In this document: positions 1 through 8,296 of the stretch, one piece after another
How positions within the stretch are numbered: the first letter of the stretch is position 1
How the letters are laid out: the number at the start of each line of letters is the position of its first letter
NCBI RefSeq assembly: GCF_013177435.1
Contig: NZ_CP053627.1
Span: 1,710,001-1,742,000 of the forward strand
Reading direction: 5' to 3'
DNA: 32,000 bases
Origin: Xylella taiwanensis
GTDB lineage: Bacteria > Pseudomonadota > Gammaproteobacteria > Xanthomonadales > Xanthomonadaceae
The notes under the pieces: generated by a model
The model's input: the letters and a program-made list of their open reading frames with translations, nothing else
What the model was told of the DNA's origin: nothing
Databases searched by the model: none
Program-made: the position numbers and the translations under genes

Positions 1-360
1 GGCATCGACTATAGAATGGATGATATTTCAGGATCGGCTCTGCAGACACTCGTATCTATGTCATGGACGAAAGGAAAAGATTTTTCAATCAAAAACCTAA
101 GCGACTCTTTGAGTCAACACATATTATCCAATAACTGCACATCAGAAAGATGCTTAGAAACATTCGGATTTAATAAATGCATTCATGCAGAAGAAAAAAT
201 TAAGTGTAAATATAAAGCAAAGATATTCTTAGCCGACAGTGATTATTCACATAGGAAGGAGAAGGAAAATGAAATCATTATAAATATTGAGTCCAGCCTT
301 TCTGGAAATGAAATCACTTCGTCAATACATCATTATAAAGATGCACGACTTTTCAATTAA
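1..360 (+). CDS. Hypothetical protein encoded by an AT-rich ORF; possibly the 3' end of a longer gene starting upstream of the window (first in-window ATG at 16)
   Basis: The frame-1 ORF ends at TAA 358-360, and positions 1-15 are also stop-free in the same frame. The product is rich in K/N/I/S, as expected for AT-rich, probably foreign DNA. I recognise no domain. Confidence 0.3.
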   Translation, partial: GIDYRMDDISGSALQTLVSMSWTKGKDFSIKNLSDSLSQHILSNNCTSERCLETFGFNKCIHAEEKIKCKYKAKIFLADSDYSHRKEKENEIIINIESSLSGNEITSSIHHYKDARLFN

Positions 361-457
361 TTTATAGAAACCTCACACCGAATGAAAAATTGATTTTTTA
401 TAGGATAGCTTAATAAATCACATCGCCATACTTAACAAAAACGGAAATTCATTCTAT

Positions 458-481
458 AAAATAACCCGTCTGGTTATTTTT
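458..481 (+). terminator. Possible weak intrinsic terminator about 100 nt downstream of the AT-rich ORF
   Basis: aaaataacc (458-466) and ggttatttt (472-480) form a perfect 9-bp inverted repeat with loop cgtct, running into a T tract. The stem is AT-rich, so stability is low. Confidence 0.3.
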
Positions 482-495
482 AAAATAAATCCATG

Positions 496-691
496 ATTTA
501 TGAAAATAAAATCTTCACATTAAAGAAAACCTGAATGGATTTCTTAAAAATTAATGAAAAATAATTTTGAAATTCTAGAAATTAACGCGTTCCATTGAGA
601 TACTCGATGTTTATTATGCATTTATGAAAATAATACGCCAGCGATTACATGAAATAACTCCATAAATTAAAATTTCAATTTCTTAAAATTT
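496..691. repeat. Degenerate direct repeats inside the AT-rich tract
   Basis: The exact 14-mer atttatgaaaataa occurs at 496-509 and 620-633. atttcttaaaaatt (539-552) is matched by atttcttaaaattt (678-691). Related atgaaa(a)ataa motifs occur at about 553 and 649. Confidence 0.6.
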
Positions 692-1411
692 ATCCATTAA
701 TGCTAAACAAAACAACGTACTAGTACAGACATTCACGCACCTTCGGAAGAAACGACAGACATTACACGATCGTAGAGCAATATATTTCTGGAAACGAAAT
801 GACAATATTTTATTTGGAAAACAGAATCAAAACCCTTTAAATAGCGGTATGTCATTGCTACGATCAGCATGCCCTATCATCCCTCTCGGGGACGTTCCAA
901 ACTCCTTCGTTGTTATTGTTCCAAAAATCAAAGAGCGTCCTGACTGGACGTAGGGACTAAGCACTTCCTGATTACTCTCATAAAGAAACCAAGCAGAACC
1001 AACATGGCATGTGTATGAGCACATGGATAAACAAAGTGTCGCCCGTGAAGATAGGAGAATCATGCAGTAAAACACATCTTGGAATCGAAACATTTAATTA
1101 ACAAGACATGGAAGTTTAAAAGTATTATCGTCTCCAAACGAAACCAGATGTAAGCAATTTTTTATAAAATATTTTCCATATCATACGATAGAAAAAAATA
1201 ATAATTAATGTCTGAATTTATGATCTGGTCTCCATATTTTTCAATAGAAAAACCATGATGCGTGATTAAAAACACATATCATTTCTCAAATAATTTCACT
1301 ATCCAAACTTGCACATAAACGCTACCGGATCTCCTGCTGGCATCCGGTCATTCTATCTGCCTATCTTGGCCTTACGGACACCGGGGGAATCCAACTTCAA
1401 CCGATTGAACT

Positions 1412-3340
1412 ATGGAACCTCAAATGAAAATACCAAGAAGCAACTTCAGACCAAGCCCTCTTGCTCTCGCGGTGTTACCAACTTTGCTCATCGGCCTATC
1501 GTCCCTCACTCCCCTGCTTGCTACGCAAAGGACTCTATCGAACCACGTCACCACCTCCCGCTTGGACACTACTTTTCCCACTTTTCCCACCCAAAACTCC
1601 TGGCCTAGTGCTGGTGGCGGCACCCTGAACAGCAATTTTCAACCGGACGGACCGCTGATCAATGCAACCACTGCCATACGCCTGCAAGTCCAATGGAGCC
1701 TCGCCACACCAGGTGGATTCCCAACTGCTCCAACTATCGAAAATCACTCCTTATACGTATCGAACTCGAACGGCACATTGAACAAGATCGATACCGAGCT
1801 GGGCAGCCTGCTCTGGTCGATCCCACTATCCGACTACACCGGCAACCTTCATTCAGTCTCACTCAACAGCACCGCGATCGCTCCCGAAGGTATCGTGGTC
1901 GGCGACCAGAGCAGCGGCACCTTACTAGCGTTGCACAAAACCACCGGCACACTGCTGTGGAAAACCACGATTCAACCCAGCCTGGATGCGAAAATCACCT
2001 CCCCACCGACCATCGACGAGGATAGTGTCTACGTCAGCGTATCTTCCGGAAAATCACCAAGCAGCGTGGCCGCGCTGGATATGAAGACTGGTAAGCTGCG
2101 CTGGCAGTCCTACGCTATTCCAGCCGACGCTTTAATTCGGGGCCCCTTAGCGCTTAACTCAGCAAAAAAACGTCTCTATGCCCTAACAAGCAGCAACGGC
2201 AAAGTATCATCCTTGACCAACACATTGCTGGTGTTGGACACGGAAAACGGCACATTGCTCTGGAGCCGGAACCTGGAAAAGCAGGCAAGTACTGTCACTG
2301 ACAACGCCGACAACAACGGCGTCACTTTATTTACATTGCAGATCAATGGCACAACACGAGACGTCGTGGCTATTCCGGAAGCAAGAGGTCACTATCAAGT
2401 ACTCGATGCCAATAACGGCACCATACTGTGGTCAATTGAGGTCAACCCCGGTAGTACAAATAGCATTGTTGGAACCTCATTTAATCCTTACAAATCGCAC
2501 ATCTATGTGGCATCCAATGCCACAGACCCCCAGATGCACAACGCGCATTACTTAACAGCGCTGGATGCAGCAACCGGCACAATGCTGTGGAATATAAAAC
2601 TGCCAGAAAGCAGCCACATCAACACCAAGCACAATACAGGGGGTGGAATAGCATCATCACCGGATATCGTCTACACCAGCCTGCCCGGCGGCAAGATAAC
2701 GATGGTTAATGCGAACACCGGAGAAATATTGTCGTCGTTCGATACCCAGGCATCAATCGTCAGCCCCCCTGTGATCGCCAATGACGCGCTGTACTTAGGT
2801 TTCGCTTTCACTGACAACACGGGCAAGCTGTACAAGTTCACGACACAAGAAAACGTGCAGATAAGTAACCTCCAGCGCAACCAGCAGCGATCTCTGATCA
2901 ATCGCATGTCGGAACAAAACGACCATCATGACGAGCATGATGGCGATGGTAGCTGGAGCTACAGCGGAAGCGGAAGCTGGAGTGGTAGTGGTGGTTACGG
3001 CGGCGCTGGTGATTACAGCGGCGGCGGCGCTGGTGGTTACAGCGGTGGCGGCGCTGGTGGTTACAGCGGCAACGGCGCTGGTGGTTACAGTGGTGGCGGC
3101 GCTGGTGGTTACAGCGGCAACGGCGCTGGTGGTTACAACGGTGGCGGCGCTGGTGGTTACAGCGGCAGCGGCGCTGGTGGTTACAGCGGCAACGGCGCTG
3201 GTGGTTACAACGGTGGCGGCGCTGGTGGTTACAGCGGCAGCGGCGCTGGTGATTACAGCGGTGGCGGTGCTGGTGGTTACAGCGGCAACGGCGCTGGTGG
3301 TTACGGCGGTGGCAACTACAGTGGCGCTAGCAGACGGTAA
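1412..3340 (+). CDS. Secreted PQQ-like (BamB / PVA-dehydrogenase-like) beta-propeller repeat protein with a C-terminal Gly/Tyr-rich tandem-repeat tail
   Basis: 642-aa ORF. The N-terminus MKIPRSNFRPSPLALAVLPTLLIGLSSLTPLLA looks like a signal peptide (alternative start ATG 1424). There are 7-8 copies of the G-x-L-x-A-L-D-x-x-T-G-x-x-L-W propeller-blade motif. An acidic/His linker NDHHDEHDGDG is followed by about 13 AGGYSGxG units. Confidence 0.85.
   Translation: MEPQMKIPRSNFRPSPLALAVLPTLLIGLSSLTPLLATQRTLSNHVTTSRLDTTFPTFPTQNSWPSAGGGTLNSNFQPDGPLINATTAIRLQVQWSLATPGGFPTAPTIENHSLYVSNSNGTLNKIDTELGSLLWSIPLSDYTGNLHSVSLNSTAIAPEGIVVGDQSSGTLLALHKTTGTLLWKTTIQPSLDAKITSPPTIDEDSVYVSVSSGKSPSSVAALDMKTGKLRWQSYAIPADALIRGPLALNSAKKRLYALTSSNGKVSSLTNTLLVLDTENGTLLWSRNLEKQASTVTDNADNNGVTLFTLQINGTTRDVVAIPEARGHYQVLDANNGTILWSIEVNPGSTNSIVGTSFNPYKSHIYVASNATDPQMHNAHYLTALDAATGTMLWNIKLPESSHINTKHNTGGGIASSPDIVYTSLPGGKITMVNANTGEILSSFDTQASIVSPPVIANDALYLGFAFTDNTGKLYKFTTQENVQISNLQRNQQRSLINRMSEQNDHHDEHDGDGSWSYSGSGSWSGSGGYGGAGDYSGGGAGGYSGGGAGGYSGNGAGGYSGGGAGGYSGNGAGGYNGGGAGGYSGSGAGGYSGNGAGGYNGGGAGGYSGSGAGDYSGGGAGGYSGNGAGGYGGGNYSGASRR
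3005..3316 (+). repeat. In-frame 24-bp tandem repeat (12 full units plus 1 degenerate) with a perfect 72-bp higher-order duplication
   Basis: The unit is gct ggt ggt tac agc ggc nnc ggc (AGGYSGxG). Positions 3101-3172 are identical to 3173-3244, and the remaining units differ by only one or a few bases. Confidence 0.95.
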
Positions 3341-3349
3341 ACTCCGGCC

Positions 3350-3378
3350 ACTGGAGGCAGGCTGTGCCTACCTCCAGT
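3350..3378 (+). terminator. Strong hairpin 10 nt after the propeller gene stop; possible terminator or RNA-stability element
   Basis: actggagg (3350-3357) pairs with cctccagt (3371-3378), with 3 further inner pairs and a 5-nt loop. There is no U tract on either strand. Confidence 0.35.
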
Positions 3379-3789
3379 TGCACCAAACGTCCTTTCCAAA
3401 CCCAATGCATGCTGCGTTAGAGCTCGTACATCACAGCACCCGATGGACAACGATAGACACACGAGGCAGACATCCCTGTCAGATCGCAGTTTTTTGCACA
3501 CTGCAACGCCGACCACCACACCCTCTGGTCGCCTCAAGGGGCAGCATGCCAACCATTACGGATATTCCAACGGGATTGATCAAGCATCGCATCACCCGCG
3601 ATGTCAACCCACCATGTAATCCGGGCACAAACAGCAGCACCACATCGACCAATAACAAGACAACAGCAACACGAAGAGCGGCACTCACCACATCCACCTC
3701 ACCAGCAACCAGCGGCGCTCAGGAACAACGTGCCTGCGATGTCATACATACACTCCGATACCCAAGCCGCCGCTGCTACAAACACCCAA

Positions 3790-3818
3790 CGAGGCCGTGC
3801 ATGACATCGCACGCCTCG
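3790..3818 (-). terminator. Probable intrinsic terminator of the S9 peptidase gene
   Basis: On the minus strand, cgaggc-gtgc / gcac-(g)-gcctcg forms a 10-bp stem with one bulge, 12 nt after the stop. It is followed by TTGGGTGTTTGT. Confidence 0.5.
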
Positions 3819-3829
3819 CGCAAGTCATG

Positions 3830-5896
3830 TCATTGACCGATGTACTTCTTAAGCCACGCGTTCACTGTGTCGTGCCATTGAATGCTGTTCTGAGATTTGA
3901 GCACCCAGTGATTCTCATCCGGGAAGTACAGAAACTTGGATTCAATACCCTTACGCTGCAACGCCCCGAACGCCGCTAACCCCTGCTCGACGGGAATGCG
4001 AAAATCCTGCTGGCCGTGAATCACCAACATCGGCACACGCCATTTGTCCACGTGCAACACCGGGTTGAATTGCTCATAACCAGCAGGATTCTGCCACGGC
4101 GTACCACCGTTCTCCCACTCACTGAACCACAATTCCTCGGTGGCATAGCCCATCATCCGATTATCGAATACACCATCATGGTCGACTAGGCATTTCCACG
4201 GCTGATTCCACTGGCCGGCCATCCAATACACCATATAGCCGCCATAGCTGGCACCTAAAGCACAGGCCTTGCCACCGTCGAGAAATGCGTACTGGTGCTG
4301 TGCTGCAATCCAGCCTTTTTGTAAATCTTCCAGCGGGCGATCTCCCCAGTGCTGACTGATGGCGTCGGTAAACGCCTGGCCATAGCCAGTGGATCCGTGG
4401 AAATCGATCATCACCACAGCATAGCCCTGACCAGCATAGGTTTGTGGATTCCAACGGTAGCTCCAGCCGTTGCCAAAACTGCCCTGTGGGCCGCCATGAA
4501 TCAAGAATGCGACTGGATACTTCTTCCCCGGCCGGTAATCATGTGGCTTGACCACATAACCGTGCACCGTCTCATCGTTCCATCCTTTGAAGCTGAACTG
4601 CTCGAAATCACCGAAACGCACATCCTTAAGCACCTCGCCAGTCGCCGGAGTGATGGCACGCAGCGGTGCCCGCGCCGCCGCATCTGTCACGAAGATCTGG
4701 TCCGCACTCTTGAGCGAGTTACGCGTGAAAGCTAACGTCCCACCCGCCAGCACTGGAGCATGCACGCTGCCTTCGCCCACCCACTTCTCCACCTTGCCCG
4801 AAGCAATGTCGACCTTGAACAGAGGGTGCTCCCCATGATCGTCGGCATTGACATAGAGCGCCGTACCGTCGGTTGAAAGTGCGATCTCATCCGTAGAACG
4901 ATCCCAATGCGGAGCAATCTCACGCACCTTGCCACTATGCATATCCATGACCATTAGCCCAAAACGGTCAGCCTCGAAACCCGGACGCTGCATCGCACGG
5001 TAATACAGCATTTTGCCGTCGGCACTGAATACCGGCGTCGCATCCCAAGCCGGATTGGCCCTGGTCAGATTGACCGGCGCCGCGTGGCCGGACACATCAA
5101 AACGATACAAATCAAAGTTTGTCGACCAAGGTTCTTCACGACCGGCCACACGGATGCTCGCCACCACACTATTTCCATCTGGTGACCAAGCGAAGTGACT
5201 GGCACCGCCAAACGGCTTAGACGGGACATCGCCATCAAGCATTGCACTCATCGCTGCCACATTGCTCACCGGCTTATCACCAGCAGCGGGCAACGACGCA
5301 ACAAACAGCGTGTTGCGGCGACCGTCGTTCCAAGCATCCCAATGGCGCACAAACAGTCGCTCGAATACCACACCACTCGGCTTAGCGTTTTTCTTTTCAT
5401 CCAACTTTCGCTTGGTACAGCCCAGATCCGCGCCACAGGCCTGAAACACTCCGGCACTGAACACAATGCGGTCGCCCTGCGGGGACAACTTATAACTGTC
5501 CATACCCACAGCCAGATTGGTTAACTGGCGCGGTGCACCACCACTCACCGGCAACACATACAACTGATTGCTTCCGGACTTGGCACTAAGAAAATAGACA
5601 GCCTTGCCATCACGGGAAAAAGTCGGTGCACTCACATCCCACCCCAATGGCGTAAGCCGAACGGGGTCAGCCGTAGCACCAGCATGCAACCGTTTCACCC
5701 ACACACTGGTACTGGCCTTGATGTGCTTAGCATCCATCTGGCGTTTAGCAAATACCAGGACGGTGCCATCAGGACTCAGCTCTGGCGAGGACACCCGGTC
5801 TAACGCCACCATATCGCGCACATCGAAACCACGCGCTGCGGCAAGTGTGGGCAAGACGGACAGTAAACACAGCAGCAAAACACAACGAAACTTCAT
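3830..5896 (-). CDS. Prolyl oligopeptidase family (S9) serine peptidase: dipeptidyl aminopeptidase / acylaminoacyl-peptidase-like, secreted
   Basis: It contains the nucleophile motif GASYGGY and a C-terminal DENHW (catalytic His region), with an N-terminal propeller-like region. I start the gene at the internal ATG 5896 (MKFRCVLLLCLLSVLPTLAAA, a signal peptide with gagag 5 nt upstream) rather than the ORF-track start at 5962. Confidence 0.9.
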   Translation of the reverse strand: MKFRCVLLLCLLSVLPTLAAARGFDVRDMVALDRVSSPELSPDGTVLVFAKRQMDAKHIKASTSVWVKRLHAGATADPVRLTPLGWDVSAPTFSRDGKAVYFLSAKSGSNQLYVLPVSGGAPRQLTNLAVGMDSYKLSPQGDRIVFSAGVFQACGADLGCTKRKLDEKKNAKPSGVVFERLFVRHWDAWNDGRRNTLFVASLPAAGDKPVSNVAAMSAMLDGDVPSKPFGGASHFAWSPDGNSVVASIRVAGREEPWSTNFDLYRFDVSGHAAPVNLTRANPAWDATPVFSADGKMLYYRAMQRPGFEADRFGLMVMDMHSGKVREIAPHWDRSTDEIALSTDGTALYVNADDHGEHPLFKVDIASGKVEKWVGEGSVHAPVLAGGTLAFTRNSLKSADQIFVTDAAARAPLRAITPATGEVLKDVRFGDFEQFSFKGWNDETVHGYVVKPHDYRPGKKYPVAFLIHGGPQGSFGNGWSYRWNPQTYAGQGYAVVMIDFHGSTGYGQAFTDAISQHWGDRPLEDLQKGWIAAQHQYAFLDGGKACALGASYGGYMVYWMAGQWNQPWKCLVDHDGVFDNRMMGYATEELWFSEWENGGTPWQNPAGYEQFNPVLHVDKWRVPMLVIHGQQDFRIPVEQGLAAFGALQRKGIESKFLYFPDENHWVLKSQNSIQWHDTVNAWLKKYIGQ

Positions 5897-6322
5897 CAGG
5901 ACTCTCGCAACGGAAAAGCAGCGATGGTAGTGCGATGTCTCATCAGGACGCAAAGACAGCAAGCCATCGGCATACCAACCGCATGAATGAACATGCCGAC
6001 AATGGGAAGCAAAAGCGACACGGCGTCACCCAAACCCGAAAGCATGACAGGGCATTAAGCCTCTTTACGCTGTGTGGTGCGGCACTCGGATCATGATGCA
6101 GGCTGGTGAAGTCGATGCAGAAGATCCTCAGTGAAATACGCACACTCAATGCAGTGGAGAACGCCGTTGTATTCCACCACAGGGACGTTCTCTTCATCTG
6201 CACACATCCGAATACTCCCGCAACCAATACACTGAGAGAAACACAGGCAGTGCAACCATCACTGTTGAATACAAGCACTCCCCACTCTTTCTAGCAAAGC
6301 ACAAGCATCAAGAAAAAATCCA

Positions 6323-8296
6323 TTACGCCGTACGTGCACCATACTTGCTGACGCGATACAGCAGCCACCCCACGAACGCCAAGAGTGCCAACCCAACCCA
6401 CTGGCTGTAATGAAAGGTCTCCGGCAATGCCAGTACGTCAGCACGGCCCGAAACCACGATCGGCACTGCAATCACGATGCCCATCAACGCCTCTCCGGTA
6501 ATCAAACCCGCAGAAAACAGCACCCCAGGGCGATGCACCCGGTCGCGCTCTGCTTCGTCATCGCGACGGATCCTGTGAGCCCGTTCAACCAAATATGACA
6601 ACACCCCGCCCACGAAAATCGGCACCATCAGCTCCAAAGGCAGGTAGATGCCAATCGCTGCGGCCAGTACCGGAATACGGAAACGCGCACCACGTCCCTT
6701 GAGCCACTCATCAACCCCAATGATCAGTGCACCAATCAATGCACCGGCACCGATCATCGTCCACGGCAACTGACCGCCAAACAGACCACGTGCCACCGAC
6801 GCCATCAACGTTGCCTGCGGTGCGCTCAGCGCATTCGGGTGCTCCGGTGTCGCCGGACCAATGCCGTAAGCATGCGCTAACAGGTTCAGTACCGGCGCCA
6901 TGATCAAGGCACACGAGAACGCACCAACCCCCATCATCACCTGCTGCTTCCACGGTGTGGCACCGACCAAATAGCCCGCCTTGAGATCCTGCAAATTATC
7001 GCCGCCCACCGCTGCCGCACAGCACACCACCGCACCAATCATAATCGCCGCCACAGCACCCAGCGGCGCACCACCGCTCCCGGTCGGCGCCAACCCGCTG
7101 CGCCCAAGCAACAAGACCAGCACCGCTGAAGCAAACAAGATCGTTGAGATCGTGATGCCTGACACTGGATTGTTTGACGAACCAATCATGCCAGCCAAGT
7201 ACCCTGACACCGAAACAAACAAGAAACCAGCCACAATCATGATAATCGTCATCGGCACCGACACTTGCCATTGCTGCACGATCGTCTGATACAACGCCAG
7301 CAACGGCAACGTAAACACCACCAGCGCCACCAACATCCACTTCATCGGTAAATCACATTCAGTATGCGACACCACCTTGCCGCTTCCTTTGCGTGCCGCA
7401 GCGAAGCCGCTCTTGACGCCGCCGAGCAGTGACTTACGCAGCGAGAATAGCGTCCATACACCACCAATCAGCATCGCACCCACGCCCAGATAGCGAATCT
7501 TTTCCCCCCAGATGCCAAACGCCGCGTCAGCCGCCGCAGCCGTCGCCAGACGCTGCGCCAGATCTGGATCACTCCCCATCAAGAACTGCTGATATAGCGG
7601 AATGGCGACATGCCAGGACAGAATCGAACCTGACAAAACCACGATGCCTACATTCAAGCCGACAATGTAACCAACGCCCAACAGTGCCGGCGACAAGTTT
7701 GTGCCGATATAACCCACCACCTTGCTACTACCCAGATAGGCCGCCTGCGTCCAGGTGTCCGGAATCAGCTTGAAGCCACTGGCGGCGGCCAGCTTAACCA
7801 ACGCACCGATCGCACCAGACAACGCCAAGATCTTCAGCCCTGGCCCGGGATTCTCACCCGCCTTCAGCACCTCAGCCGCGGCCTTGCCCTCAGGGAACGG
7901 CAGCGGGTCCTCAACGATCATTGAGCGCCGCAATGGCACCGAAAACAGTACCCCAAGCAACCCACCCAGGCCCGCAATGCCAAGCACCCACCAGTACTTG
8001 AAATCCGGCCAGTAGCCCATGATGACCAACGCCGGAATCGTGAAGATCACACCAGCAGCAATCGATGAGCCGGCCGAAGCACCCGTTTGGACGATATTGT
8101 TTTCCAAGATCGAACTGCCGCCGCACAGACGCAGCACCCCCATCGACACCACCGCCGCCGGGATCGCCGTAGCAATGGTCAAGCCGGCAAACAACCCCAG
8201 ATAAGCGTTAGCCGCCGCCAGCACGACCGCCAGCACGACCGCCAGCACCGCGGCACGGAAAGTGAGCTGACGGGGAGAAATAGCGTTGTTCATCAA
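6323..8296 (-). CDS. OPT-family oligopeptide transporter (integral membrane)
   Basis: The 657-aa product is very hydrophobic and multi-pass. Its length and sequence pattern resemble bacterial OPT superfamily transporters. Confidence 0.8.
   Translation of the reverse strand: MMNNAISPRQLTFRAAVLAVVLAVVLAAANAYLGLFAGLTIATAIPAAVVSMGVLRLCGGSSILENNIVQTGASAGSSIAAGVIFTIPALVIMGYWPDFKYWWVLGIAGLGGLLGVLFSVPLRRSMIVEDPLPFPEGKAAAEVLKAGENPGPGLKILALSGAIGALVKLAAASGFKLIPDTWTQAAYLGSSKVVGYIGTNLSPALLGVGYIVGLNVGIVVLSGSILSWHVAIPLYQQFLMGSDPDLAQRLATAAAADAAFGIWGEKIRYLGVGAMLIGGVWTLFSLRKSLLGGVKSGFAAARKGSGKVVSHTECDLPMKWMLVALVVFTLPLLALYQTIVQQWQVSVPMTIIMIVAGFLFVSVSGYLAGMIGSSNNPVSGITISTILFASAVLVLLLGRSGLAPTGSGGAPLGAVAAIMIGAVVCCAAAVGGDNLQDLKAGYLVGATPWKQQVMMGVGAFSCALIMAPVLNLLAHAYGIGPATPEHPNALSAPQATLMASVARGLFGGQLPWTMIGAGALIGALIIGVDEWLKGRGARFRIPVLAAAIGIYLPLELMVPIFVGGVLSYLVERAHRIRRDDEAERDRVHRPGVLFSAGLITGEALMGIVIAVPIVVSGRADVLALPETFHYSQWVGLALLAFVGWLLYRVSKYGARTA
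8217..8252 (-). repeat. 12-bp in-frame tandem repeat (2 exact units plus 1 diverged) in the N-terminal TM segment of the OPT transporter
   Basis: gccagcacgacc occurs at 8217-8228 and 8229-8240, followed by gccagcaccgcg at 8241-8252. This encodes AVLAVVLAVVLAA. Confidence 0.85.

Larger units (their letters stand above)
361..1310. other. Very AT-rich non-coding tract (compositional island) upstream of the propeller gene
   Basis: A hand count of 541-600 gives 13 G+C out of 60. GC rises abruptly near 1310. The only ORF of 60 aa or more (827-1093, minus) has no recognisable features. Confidence 0.8.

Noticed and set aside
827-1093. 88-aa minus-strand ORF in a slightly GC-richer patch of the AT-rich island
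   Set aside because: It has no motif, no ribosome-binding site and an odd Cys/Ser-rich composition. It could be a remnant, but it is not supportable as a gene.
3005-3316. Regular short repeats that might suggest a CRISPR array
   Set aside because: The units are directly adjacent with no spacers. They are in frame inside a CDS and encode a Gly/Tyr repeat, so this is a coding minisatellite.
2928-3836. 302-aa + strand ORF (MTSMMAMVAGATAEAEAGVVVV...) overlapping the end of the propeller gene
   Set aside because: It is an alternative-frame reading of the 24-bp repeat, producing monotonous A/V/T strings. It then runs into A+C-rich non-coding DNA. It is a compositional artefact.
5897-5962. N-terminal extensions in the ORF track for the S9 peptidase (to 5962), mutarotase (from 15937), GT2 (to 24553), epimerase (to 25659) and MBL protein (to 30468)
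   Set aside because: Internal ATGs give N-termini that match family expectations (signal peptide, Rossmann motif at residues 4-13, and so on) and some have better Shine-Dalgarno sequences. The extensions are low-complexity or Cys/Arg-rich.
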